A stretch of DNA of 64,000 bases from an uncultured Haloferula sp. GTDB taxonomy: Bacteria > Verrucomicrobiota > Verrucomicrobiia > Verrucomicrobiales > Akkermansiaceae. The position numbers and the translations under genes were made by a program. Under the pieces are notes generated by a model. That model saw only the letters and a list, made by a program, of their open reading frames with translations, ran no database searches and was not told where the DNA came from. Below are positions 20,997 to 30,009 of the stretch, piece after piece; within the stretch, counting starts at the first letter, position 1, and each line of letters opens with the position of its first letter. Where the stretch lies: contig CBFGTS010000005.1 in the NCBI GenBank assembly GCA_965652295.1, positions 226,671-290,670 on the forward strand, given 5' to 3'.

Positions 20997-21890
20997 ATGG
21001 CACCCCTCGCACCCGGTCACGGGAATCGCCCGTCCACCCCAGCCAAGCGCCGCTGGCTCCTGGCTGGGGGAGGGGTGCTCATGGTTGCCGGCATCGGCGC
21101 TCTTCCGTTCTGGCACGAGCGCCCCCATCCATCATCCGGCGGGCCGGAGGTTCTACCACGAACGCCGTACTCCACCCGCAATCCGTCATCTCCGGACCGC
21201 CGGCTCACACACTTCGATTCATCCAGCGGAAATGCCAAGGCACGCTTGGCCCGTGAGGTCCCGTGGTCCGAAGAGGAAAAGGAACGCATCCGCCTCCGGG
21301 CGCAAAACGACCCGAGTGGATTCGGCGAATGGGCGGCCACCCTGTCCCCGGGAGCCAACCGTCACTTCGCCCTCGAAACCGCAGCGCTCGCTTGGGGAGC
21401 CACCGCCCCGTCATCCGCCGCGGACTGGGCAGAGGATCTTTCCGAGAAAACCGAGCGCACCCAGGCCCTGACGCACATTGCCAGCGAGGCGGTGCGCAGC
21501 GACCCGCATCTCGCCCTCGAACTCGCCCGCTCCCTTCCCGAACCGTCGATGAATGACATCGTGCCTCGGGCTACCGCCGAGTGGGCCGCGACCGATCCCG
21601 TCGCCGCAGCCGAGTGGGCGGGCCAAATTTCCAGCACGCCCCTGTGCACCGCGACCCTCGCCGGTATCGCCACCGTTTGGAGCGAGCAGGACCCCGTCGC
21701 CGCCGCCACCATGGTCCTGCGTGAAATCCCCGCCGGCCGCCTGCAGGCCGACGCCATCGTTTCCATCGTCCAACGCTGGGCTCGGCAATCGCCTGCCGAC
21801 GCCGCCGACTGGGTGAACCAGTTTCCCGATGGTGAACTACGGGACACCGCCATGGAGTGTCTTGCCCAGGCCACGGTCGGAAAGAAGTGA
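20997..21890 (+). CDS. Membrane-anchored helical-repeat hypothetical protein (DPxAAAxW family)
   Basis: N-terminal TM; WAATDPVAAAEW, WSEQDPVAAA, WARQSPADAADW. Confidence 0.7.
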   Translation: MAPLAPGHGNRPSTPAKRRWLLAGGGVLMVAGIGALPFWHERPHPSSGGPEVLPRTPYSTRNPSSPDRRLTHFDSSSGNAKARLAREVPWSEEEKERIRLRAQNDPSGFGEWAATLSPGANRHFALETAALAWGATAPSSAADWAEDLSEKTERTQALTHIASEAVRSDPHLALELARSLPEPSMNDIVPRATAEWAATDPVAAAEWAGQISSTPLCTATLAGIATVWSEQDPVAAATMVLREIPAGRLQADAIVSIVQRWARQSPADAADWVNQFPDGELRDTAMECLAQATVGKK

Positions 21891-21902
21891 TTCTAAAGAG
21901 GA

Positions 21903-22028
21903 AAATGAACCGCAGATGAACGCGGATTAACGCAGATAATCAATGAGTTGGATCGCAGACTCATCCAACGAGTCAGGTTTGGGTTCTTTGCAACTCTCTT
22001 AAAATCAGTGTTTATCTTCGGTTCGTTT
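21903..22028. repeat. REP/MITE-like element, copy 2, with imperfect inverted ends
   Basis: AAATGAACCGCAGATGAACGCGGATT ... AATCAGTGTTTATCTTCGGTTCGTTT. Confidence 0.55.
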
Positions 22029-22066
22029 CTATTCTCAGGATGATTGATCTCCCGCGAGAACGGACC

Positions 22067-22276
22067 TCACTTGAAGAGGAAGTAGAACGCGAGCGCGAAC
22101 GCCCCCACCCACACCGCGGCGACTTGGGTGACGCCGAAGGAGCGCGCGCCCGGTGTCTCGGCGGGATCGTCCGGATGGGGACCGAAGAGCGAGTCATACT
22201 TCATGAGAAGCCACAGCCCGAAGCCGGACCACGCGATGAGAAAGAGAACCAAACCGGTTTTGAGGAGAAATGTCAT
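22067..22276 (-). CDS. Small two-TM membrane protein divergent from the MocR regulator
   Basis: Two hydrophobic segments separated by GPHPDDPAETPG. Confidence 0.6.
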   Translation of the reverse strand: MTFLLKTGLVLFLIAWSGFGLWLLMKYDSLFGPHPDDPAETPGARSFGVTQVAAVWVGAFALAFYFLFK

Positions 22277-22401
22277 GGCGAAGCGGGAAGCCAGCATAGG
22301 CGGGAGACGGCTTCCGGACAGGTACAGCTAAGCGATGTTTTGGAGAAACATCCGCAATCTGTGTCTGGTCAAATGGACGCTTCTGGCGGAGAGTCTGATT
22401 C

Positions 22402-23826
22402 ATGGCGCAGACCACTCCCATGTATCAGGCGCTTTCCGACAAACTATCGGCCCTGATTCGCGGCGGCACCTTCACGCCGGGCGACAAGCTCCCGTCGATC
22501 CGGCGGGCCAGCCGCGAAAACCGGGTCAGCATCACGACGGTGCTGGAAGCCTACCGCGCGTTGGAGACCAAGGGCCTGATCGAAGGCCGTCCGCGCTCCG
22601 GCTATTTCGTCCGTCCGCCCGCCAAGCCAGTGCGGCGGTCCGCGCCAGCCACCCGTTATCGGACCAAGCCCGTCCGGATCGAGACCCCCGCGATTTTCGA
22701 GGCGGTGATGGCCTCGGTGGAAAACCGGGACATGGTTCCCTTCGCCGCCGCGACGCCCGACGACACGATCATCAAAATGTCCAAGCTGCCATCGCTGTCG
22801 GCGGCGGCATTCCGAAAGCATGGTGCGGAAGCGGCCCGCTACACGCCACCCGCAGGTCGCCGAGAGCTGCGACTCGCCTTGTCTCGCCGCCTGCTGGCTT
22901 GCGGAATCAAAGCGGCACACGATGAAATCATCACCACCCACGGCGCGACCGAGGCCCTTCTGCTCGCGCTGCGGGCCGTGACGAAGGCGGGCGATTCGGT
23001 GGCGGTCGAGTCACCGACTTACTTCGGGATTCTCCATTTGATCCGGGATCTCGGATTGCGGGCCATCGAACTTCCCGTCTCCAGGGAATCCGGAATCTCG
23101 CTCGACGCGCTGGAAGCCGCGCTGGAGAAACATCGGGTCGCCGCCTGCGTGGTGCAGCCGAATTTTCAAAACCCGATCGGCTGCGTCATGCCGCCCGAGC
23201 ACAAGAAACGGCTGGCCGAGCTGTCCGCCCACCATGGATTCACGATCATTGAGGACGATGTGTATGGCGATTTCGGCCACACGGGCGAACGCCCGTCCTC
23301 CATCGCGCTCCACGGCGGCGATGTGATCCATTGCGGGTCGGTCTCGAAAACCATCGCTCCGGGACTGCGGGTCGGGTGGATGGTGCCCGGGGATCATCTG
23401 CCAAGGATTCAGCATCTGAAAACCGCCATGTGCCCATGGAACACGACACTCTCGGAACTGATGGTCGCGCGGTTTCTGGACGAGGGCGGTTACGATCGCC
23501 ACTTGCGCCGGATCCGGGAGCTGTATGCGGCGCAGTGCGCCCGGCTCCGCGAAGAAGCGGCCCGTCATTTCCCGCAAGCCGTCCGCATCGGCGCGCCAGT
23601 GGGCGGCTTCGTGCTATGGATCGAGATGCCGGAAACCTTCGATTCCGAGAGCTTCACCATGGAAGCCATCTCGGACGGAATCAGCGTCGTGCCGGGGACG
23701 GTTTTCTCGCCCACCTTGCGGTTCAAAAACTGCTTTCGTCTCAATGCCGGGATTGCCCCCGCTCCACGGGTCTTGGAAGCGCTCGCATCCCTCGGGCGGC
23801 TCGCGGGCCACCACTTCACGGCCTGA
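22402..23826 (+). CDS. GntR/MocR-family regulator (wHTH + PLP aminotransferase-like domain)
   Basis: PGDKLPSIR..VSITTVLEAY..LE..GLIEGRPRSGYFV; IIEDDVYG; GSVSKTIAPGLRVGW. Confidence 0.92.
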   Translation: MAQTTPMYQALSDKLSALIRGGTFTPGDKLPSIRRASRENRVSITTVLEAYRALETKGLIEGRPRSGYFVRPPAKPVRRSAPATRYRTKPVRIETPAIFEAVMASVENRDMVPFAAATPDDTIIKMSKLPSLSAAAFRKHGAEAARYTPPAGRRELRLALSRRLLACGIKAAHDEIITTHGATEALLLALRAVTKAGDSVAVESPTYFGILHLIRDLGLRAIELPVSRESGISLDALEAALEKHRVAACVVQPNFQNPIGCVMPPEHKKRLAELSAHHGFTIIEDDVYGDFGHTGERPSSIALHGGDVIHCGSVSKTIAPGLRVGWMVPGDHLPRIQHLKTAMCPWNTTLSELMVARFLDEGGYDRHLRRIRELYAAQCARLREEAARHFPQAVRIGAPVGGFVLWIEMPETFDSESFTMEAISDGISVVPGTVFSPTLRFKNCFRLNAGIAPAPRVLEALASLGRLAGHHFTA

Positions 23827-24390
23827 GTCCGCGAAGCGGCGGCTCTGACCGCCAATCGCCTTTGATCAGCACTTCCTTCGGATGAGAGGGAATGCCGAAG
23901 CGGTTGGTGTGCAGGCCCTCGACCACGAGGTCGAAGGCCGCCGCGCCGACCCGCTGGAGGTTGCCGTCGATGCCCGGCCACTCCGCCATTTCCTCGCACG
24001 TCCGGTAGAGGAACGAAAGATGAATGTCGTCCGGGACTCGGCCCGCTTGGGAAAGCCAGCTCCGGGCGGGGAGTTTGTAAACCAACAGCGAATCGGGTTT
24101 TCCCCGTTTCAACCAAGCCCGGAATTCGGCGAGTCCTTGGTCGGCGGACAGAACGAGGGGTTGGCAGCGTTCCTTTTCCGGCAGACGCCGTTGCCAGTCC
24201 AGAGCGGCACCGGACCACAGGTAGCCGGACACGCGGTTGTTCAGCTCCGGCACGATCAACCCGGTGCGCCGGCAGCCGAGCTTGCGGATCTCGTCGAGAG
24301 CCAGTTGGACGTTGAAAAAGCCGTGGAAATTGGCGCGGTTCACCGCCGCCTCCTGAAAATACGTGCTCAGTCTCGCGACACTGAACTCCG
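23816..24390 (-). pseudogene. 5'-truncated LacI-family regulator (effector-binding C-terminal half only)
   Basis: KLGCRRTGL, KPDSLL, GRVPDDI, GIDGN..VGAAAFDLV..GIP..PKEVLIKGDW parallel the C-half of the 47186 LacI; no HTH; frame closed by TAA near 24392. Confidence 0.75.
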
Positions 24391-24875
24391 GTTACGAGAT
24401 CTTCCTCTCCGGCTCGTCGGCCAAGCTGCTAAGCCGGGAAATCGCCTCCTCCATGCGCGGCCGCGCTTGGGAGATCACCATCCACCCGTTCAGCTTCCTT
24501 TACCCCGCGGACCCGGCGCTCATCCCCGTTTACGACCGTAGTGGCAAGCCCAACTCCGGCCACGCTCTCGAATCCGTCGTGTTCACCGAACTCCAGCGCC
24601 GCCACGCCGAGGTCGCCTACGTCAAGACCGCCGGCGGCTACGAGGTGGACTTCCTCGCCCGCTATCCCGATGGCACCGAGCAGCTGATCCAGGTTTGCAC
24701 CTCCGTCGATGACCCGGAAACCCGCGACCGCGAGGTCCGGGCGCTTCAGGCCGCCGCCGCCGAACATCCTCGTGCGGAACAAGTGATTCTAACCATGGAA
24801 TCGCGCTTGCCCTTTCCAGAGGTTCCGGAACCGATCCATGTCATGCCCGCCTGGAGCTGGATGCTTCAGGGCTGA
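24390..24875 (+). pseudogene. Remnant AAA_14/DUF4143 ATPase (5' truncated and internally deleted)
   Basis: IFLSGSSAKLLSREIASSMRGR..IHPFSF (end of AAA_14) joined directly to LYPADPAL..ALESVVFTEL..YEVDFLA..LIQVC (DUF4143); no Walker A. Confidence 0.7.
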
Positions 24876-24898
24876 GGCGAATCATTGACCGACCCATC

Positions 24899-25145
24899 GC
24901 GGAAATCATCCGCACCCGCTGCACCCGCCGCGAAGCCGCCGCCCACCTCCGCCAATGGGCGGAAGAATCCGTCATCGCAACCGCCCGCAAACGCTTCGTC
25001 GCCGCCGCCGAAGAAACCCTCGCTGGCATCCACGAGGGAAATTTCGCCAGATACCGGGTAAAGCCGTCGGAGTTCGAGGCGTGGAGAGCCGATTGGCACT
25101 GAAGGCCCGGAAGCATGAGGTGAACCCGTTTACTCTGATCCATTC
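24899..25145 (+). repeat. Copy A of ~250-bp direct repeat (orphan 3' end of the 28481 Fic gene + trailer)
   Basis: Closely matches 29663-29915; encodes EIIRTRCTRRE...EFEAWRADWH*. Confidence 0.9.
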
Positions 25146-25199
25146 CCTAATTGGATGGAATTGGATGGAATCAGGAGAAATTGGTGGTAGGCTCCGCCC

Positions 25200-26276
25200 A
25201 TGCAGATTCCCCTGCCTCCGGATCTCCAGCCGACCAACGAGATGCTCACGTCGATCGCCGCGATCGACGAGTTCAAAGGCGAGTGGCGAGCCCTCCGTGG
25301 CCTCGCGCCGGAGACTCTGCAGTCCCTACGGCGGATCGCCACCATCGAAAGCGCTGGCTCATCGACCCGCATCGAAGGAGCCAAGCTCAGCGACGGCGAG
25401 GTCGAAAGCCTGCTTGGCAAACTGGGAAAGGGATCCTTCCAGTCGCGCGACGAGCAGGAAGTCGCAGGCTACGCCTACGTCATGGATTCCGTCCAGACGG
25501 CTTGGGGGGACCTACGAATTTCCGGAAGCATTCTTCTCCAACTGCACCGCGATCTACTGCGCTATAGTGACAAAGACGAACGCCACCGGGGTCAGTGGAA
25601 GTCGCTCGACAACCATGTCGCGGCCTTCGACGCCGAAGGCAAGCAAGTCGGCATCGTTTTTGAGACTGCCTCGCCTTTCGAGACGCCGATGCTGATGGAA
25701 AAGCTCCTGGCATGGCACGCCAAGGAAGAGGCAGACCCCGTATTCCACCCTCTTCTGCGCATCGCCGTGTTCAACGTGGTCTTCCTGGCCATCCATCCGT
25801 TCCAGGACGGCAACGGCCGGCTGTCCCGCGTTCTGACCAATCTGATGCTTCTCCGGGCCGGCTATGCCTATGCCTCCTACACGTCGCTGGAGAGCGTCAT
25901 CGAGCACAACAAAGAGACCTACTACCTGGCTCTCCGGAGGACCCAGGCCTCGTTCGGGCAAACCGCCGACTGGGAACCATGGATTCGCTTCTTCCTCCGC
26001 TCCTTGCGGTCACAGATCGGGCGGCTTCGCGAGCGACTTCCCGAACCAGGCATCAACGCTGGAGTTCCTATCGTCGCTGGAGACCTTTCTCCGCTGGCCG
26101 AACGCCTCCTGGCACTTTTGCGGAACCGCGAGACCCTCTCAGTTGGCGATGCCGCCGAAGCCTTGAAAGCGAATCGGAACACGCTGAAGGGCAAGTTCGC
26201 CGAACTGGTGGAAGGCGGACATGCCGAACTGCGAGGGAAAGGCCGCGGCGCGCACTATCGACCCCTCAGTCCATAG
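25200..26276 (+). CDS. Fic-family protein with C-terminal HTH
   Basis: Canonical HPFQDGNGRLSR; N-terminal inhibitory STRIEG motif. Confidence 0.92.
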   Translation: MQIPLPPDLQPTNEMLTSIAAIDEFKGEWRALRGLAPETLQSLRRIATIESAGSSTRIEGAKLSDGEVESLLGKLGKGSFQSRDEQEVAGYAYVMDSVQTAWGDLRISGSILLQLHRDLLRYSDKDERHRGQWKSLDNHVAAFDAEGKQVGIVFETASPFETPMLMEKLLAWHAKEEADPVFHPLLRIAVFNVVFLAIHPFQDGNGRLSRVLTNLMLLRAGYAYASYTSLESVIEHNKETYYLALRRTQASFGQTADWEPWIRFFLRSLRSQIGRLRERLPEPGINAGVPIVAGDLSPLAERLLALLRNRETLSVGDAAEALKANRNTLKGKFAELVEGGHAELRGKGRGAHYRPLSP

Positions 26277-26347
26277 CCTGTGGATCCGTCTTGTCATCGC
26301 TCCCCGCTTCGACAGTCGGCGCTCCTCTTCGCCGATCGAAAACCACC

Positions 26348-26591
26348 AATCATCCGCACCCGCTGCACCCGCCGCGAAGCCGTCGCCCGCCTCCGCCCAT
26401 GGGCGGAAGCATCCGTCATCGAAACCGACCGCAAACGCTTCGTCGCCGCCGCCGAAGAAACCTTCGCCGGCATCCACGAGGGAAACTTCGCCCGATACAG
26501 GGTAAGGCCTTCGGAGTTTGAGGCGTGGAGAGCCCATTGGCACTGAAGTGCCCGGACGCATGAAGTGAATCCGTTTACTCTGACCCCATTC
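26348..26591 (+). repeat. Copy B of ~250-bp Fic 3'-end direct repeat
   Basis: IIRTRCTRREAVARL...EFEAWRAHWH*, followed by GTTTACTCTGACCCCATTC. Confidence 0.9.
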
Positions 26592-26657
26592 ATCGGACTT
26601 CTTCTCCGGAATCCGGTCCCAAGCGGCATTGCTGCCTGCCAACAGACTCTGGAAGAC

Positions 26658-27767
26658 CTATGGCTCCACGCACCATCTGATAGCCTCGGCGAGTTCCTTA
26701 CGCCAGCACTCACCTGAATGGCCTCCGTCGAATTCGTGGTAGCGGATTTCTCCTCCCGCCCGGCGTAGCACATCGACGGCATGTTTCACTCCATCGACCT
26801 GCGGGATCTCCTGAAAGAGGCCTGTTGGAGGGTGACTTCGGTTCGTTGCGGTTTCACTCTTTCCCACGCTCAGCCAGAACCGGCCCGTGACGGGTGAATG
26901 CTGTTCGATCGTTTTCCCAAACTCCGCGTGGTCCCACCAATGCGAGCCGGACTGGGAAATGCAGGTCCGAAAACAGCCCGGATAGCGGAGAGCGAGATGA
27001 ACAGCCATCAGGCCGCTCAGGCTCAATCCGAGGACAAGATGACCGCCGTGGGCCAGCCCTGATACCTCTCGTTCCAGCCACGGGACGACGGATTCTCCGA
27101 TAAAGCGGGCGTACTGGAGGTTCCCCGTGAAATCCTGATGACGCGCCAACGCGCTCACATGTCCGACGAACGCGAAGGTCATTCCACCAGGCAAGGAGGA
27201 GGCTAATTCTTCAAAAACCGGGACCGCTGCCATGTCACGCCAGTAAGTCTCGCCATCCAAGACCAGGCAGAGCGGGTGAATCCGGTCCTTGGGTCCACGG
27301 CTCAGACGCACCAACCGGCCGTAACCTGTTTCCGGGTCTTCGATCCAGTGCTCTTCCAGTGAGAAGGTTGGCCCATCATGAATCTTGACCAGTTGGCCTG
27401 GGGTTCGTGCATCTTCGCTCCAACCGCGGCTGAGCAGGAAGTCCGCCGGAATATTCGACGAGGATATGGAGACCGACGACCATCCGTGCGAGAACAGCCA
27501 AGCTTCAGCCTGACGGAGCAGCTCGTTGCCAATGCCCTTGTTCCGGAAATCCGGATGGACAAAAAGTGCCAGCAGTTTGCCGTCCCGACGATCCGCGAAG
27601 GCCGCTGCCATCGGAATATCGTCGTCGGAACATGCCACCCAACCGGTGCATGCTCCCGCAGGTTTCCAATCGGCGAAGGGGCGCGATCGAACCACCGCCT
27701 CAAGCGTGGAAGACAGCGTGGCCCATGAAGAGAAATCGTCGGAACGGATTTGGCGGAAAGCAATCAT
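26658..27767 (-). CDS. GNAT acetyltransferase fused to Fes-like alpha/beta esterase
   Basis: LFVHPDFRNKGIG GNAT motif A; LVLDGE..W, GLSLSG nucleophile, SQSGS, EFDGGH. Confidence 0.8.
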   Translation of the reverse strand: MIAFRQIRSDDFSSWATLSSTLEAVVRSRPFADWKPAGACTGWVACSDDDIPMAAAFADRRDGKLLALFVHPDFRNKGIGNELLRQAEAWLFSHGWSSVSISSSNIPADFLLSRGWSEDARTPGQLVKIHDGPTFSLEEHWIEDPETGYGRLVRLSRGPKDRIHPLCLVLDGETYWRDMAAVPVFEELASSLPGGMTFAFVGHVSALARHQDFTGNLQYARFIGESVVPWLEREVSGLAHGGHLVLGLSLSGLMAVHLALRYPGCFRTCISQSGSHWWDHAEFGKTIEQHSPVTGRFWLSVGKSETATNRSHPPTGLFQEIPQVDGVKHAVDVLRRAGGEIRYHEFDGGHSGECWRKELAEAIRWCVEP

Positions 27768-27779
27768 GGGCGGGTTCCA

Positions 27780-28283
27780 TCAGTAGATTTGGGAATTGTT
27801 TTTCGAGGACGATGCAAGGACGTGCTCCATGTCGTAGTTGCGGAGTTTGACCGCGCCGATGGCGACCTCGCGTTCACGCAGGACTCGGAAACCCAAGCGC
27901 TCAAAGAGAAAGCGCGCCCCGATGGACGCTTCCACGAAAACGCGTGGGAGGCCCCTCGCCCGAGCGATTTCTTCCGCATGTTTCACCAACGAGGTCATGA
28001 TGCCGCGCCGTTGGAAGTCCGGGTTTACGTAGGCGCAGTCGATGTGGCCATCCGGGTCCAGCTCCAGAAAGCCCGCGATCTCGTCGCCGACCAGACTGAC
28101 GAATGGCTGTTTCCGCTCGCAGCGCTTTTCCCAGTGCTGCGGATTCGGTTGTCGCCCGGACCATGCGAGACACTGCTCTTGGCTGTAATCGCAGCTGCCG
28201 ATCTCATGCACCGCCCGAGTGAAAATCGTAGCAATGGCGACATGATCACCAGGCTGATAGACTCGGATTCGGGAAGAGATCAT
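27780..28283 (-). CDS. GNAT N-acetyltransferase (YafP-like)
   Basis: GHIDCAYVNPDFQRRGI, EASIGARFLFERLGF. Confidence 0.85.
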   Translation of the reverse strand: MISSRIRVYQPGDHVAIATIFTRAVHEIGSCDYSQEQCLAWSGRQPNPQHWEKRCERKQPFVSLVGDEIAGFLELDPDGHIDCAYVNPDFQRRGIMTSLVKHAEEIARARGLPRVFVEASIGARFLFERLGFRVLREREVAIGAVKLRNYDMEHVLASSSKNNSQIY

Positions 28284-28389
28284 CGGACGGGAAAAATGGC
28301 CAACCAACCAAGGGTGCGGGCTTTTGTGCGTCAAGGTGCAACTCCATTGGGTGGAAGAAGGCCGAGTCGTCTGACATGAAGCGCTCGAC

Positions 28390-28435
28390 ATTGAAGGCTT
28401 CGGCGTTTGTTGGAATGCGCGGCCTGACCCCATTC
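28390..28435 (+). repeat. Left arm of 46-bp imperfect inverted repeat (partner at 35424-35469)
   Basis: ATTGAAGGCTTCGGCGTTTGTTGGAATGCGCGGCCTGACCCCATTC; 37/46 ungapped identity counted by eye. Confidence 0.75.
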
Positions 28436-28480
28436 TCGCCATTTTCTTGCCATCTCGCCATTTCTCGCCATTTTCTCGCC

Positions 28481-29866
28481 ATGAATCGCGCGATTCCGAA
28501 AACGTGGCTCGAACCGTTCCGAAACAGCCCTGAACTGGGAGCAGCGGATTACGAGGCGGCTTTCACTCCTGGCCTGCCACGGCGCACCGCGCTGAATCGC
28601 CTCAACCGCTTGCGCGATGCCGGGCTGGTGGATCGCTTCGGCGAAGCCCGCTCCACGGTCTATCAGCTCACGCCCGCAGGCCGGGCGAGGCTGGATGCGA
28701 ACCAAAGCGCCCGCCCCCTCAGCGCGGAACCGCAGACTCTCGCACGTCTTTCCACACTGGCCGAGGATCTCCGCGGAGAACCGCGCCGACCTGTCTCCGA
28801 ACGCCCGCCCGTGGGTTACCAGCGCTCGTTCCTGGAATCCTACCTCCCGAACCAGACCCACTACCTGCCCGAGTCCGCGCGCCGGAAGCTCATGGAGATC
28901 GGCAGCCAGACCGGCATGGAGGCGGAACCTGCCGGCACCTACGCCCGCCACATCTGCCAGCGCCTGCTCATCGACCTCTCGTGGAACTCCAGCCGCTTGG
29001 AGGGAAACACCTACTCCCTTCTGGAAACCGAACAACTCTTCCAAGCCGGTCACTCCGGGGACTCGCAGCTGTCCCTTGAGGCCGTGATGATCCTCAACCA
29101 CAAGGCCGCCATCGAGTTCCTGCTGGAGTCCACCCCCGAGGCCGGTTTCGACCGCCGGACCATCCTCAACCTCCACGCCCTCCTCACCGCCGATCTTTTG
29201 CGCGATCCCTCTGCGGAAGGAGCCCTGCGCACCGATCCCGTGGGCATCGGCAAGTCTTCCTACCTCCCGCCCGCCATCCCCGCGCTGATCGAGACGCTCT
29301 TCGACACCATTCTCGCCAAGGCCCGCGAAATCCGTGATCCCTTCGAGCAGGCGTTTTTCGCCATGGTCCACCTGCCCTACCTCCAGCCCTTCATCGACGG
29401 CAACAAACGCGTCTCCCGCCTCGCCGCCAACCTCCCGCTCTTCCTGCGCAACCTGGCCCCGCTCTCCTTCGTCGATGTCTCCGAAGCCGACTACACCGAC
29501 GGCATGCTCGCCATCTACGAACTCAACGACATCCGCATCCTTCAGCAAGTCTTCATCCAAGCCTACGAACGCTCCGCCCAGCGCTACACCGTCATCCGCG
29601 GCGCCGTAGGCGAGCCCGATCCCTTCCGGGTGAAATACCGTCAAGCCATCGCCGAACGAGTGGCGGAAATCATCCGCTCCCGCTGCACCCGCCGCGAAGC
29701 CGTCGCCCGCCTCCGCCAATGGGCGGAAGCATCCGTCATCGAAACCGACCGCAAACGCTTCGCCGCCGCCGCCGAAGAAACCCTCGCTGGCATCCACGAG
29801 GGAAATTTCGCCAGATACCGGGTAAAGCCGTCGGAGTTTGAGGCGTGGAGAGCCAATTGGCACTGA
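28481..29866 (+). CDS. Fic-family protein with N-terminal HTH and variant active site
   Basis: SSRLEGN motif; HLPYLQPFIDGNKRVSR; its 3' end is repeat copy C. Confidence 0.88.
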   Translation: MNRAIPKTWLEPFRNSPELGAADYEAAFTPGLPRRTALNRLNRLRDAGLVDRFGEARSTVYQLTPAGRARLDANQSARPLSAEPQTLARLSTLAEDLRGEPRRPVSERPPVGYQRSFLESYLPNQTHYLPESARRKLMEIGSQTGMEAEPAGTYARHICQRLLIDLSWNSSRLEGNTYSLLETEQLFQAGHSGDSQLSLEAVMILNHKAAIEFLLESTPEAGFDRRTILNLHALLTADLLRDPSAEGALRTDPVGIGKSSYLPPAIPALIETLFDTILAKAREIRDPFEQAFFAMVHLPYLQPFIDGNKRVSRLAANLPLFLRNLAPLSFVDVSEADYTDGMLAIYELNDIRILQQVFIQAYERSAQRYTVIRGAVGEPDPFRVKYRQAIAERVAEIIRSRCTRREAVARLRQWAEASVIETDRKRFAAAAEETLAGIHEGNFARYRVKPSEFEAWRANWH

Positions 29867-29915
29867 TGGCCCGGACGCATGAGGTGAATCCGTTTGCTCT
29901 GACGCGGATTCATTC
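29663..29915 (+). repeat. Copy C of Fic 3'-end repeat (inside the intact gene plus trailer)
   Basis: Matches copies A and B. Confidence 0.9.
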
Positions 29916-30009
29916 CGATCCTGAGACAGAGAATGCGCACTATCGACTTGCGAGAAGCCTTGGAATCAAGACACTGGCGACCGATATAGACACCTGAAAC
30001 AACTACTGT

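Noticed and set aside
24899..29915. Diversity-generating retroelement (TR/VR) explanation for the Fic repeats
   Set aside because: No reverse transcriptase in the window and differences are not confined to adenines
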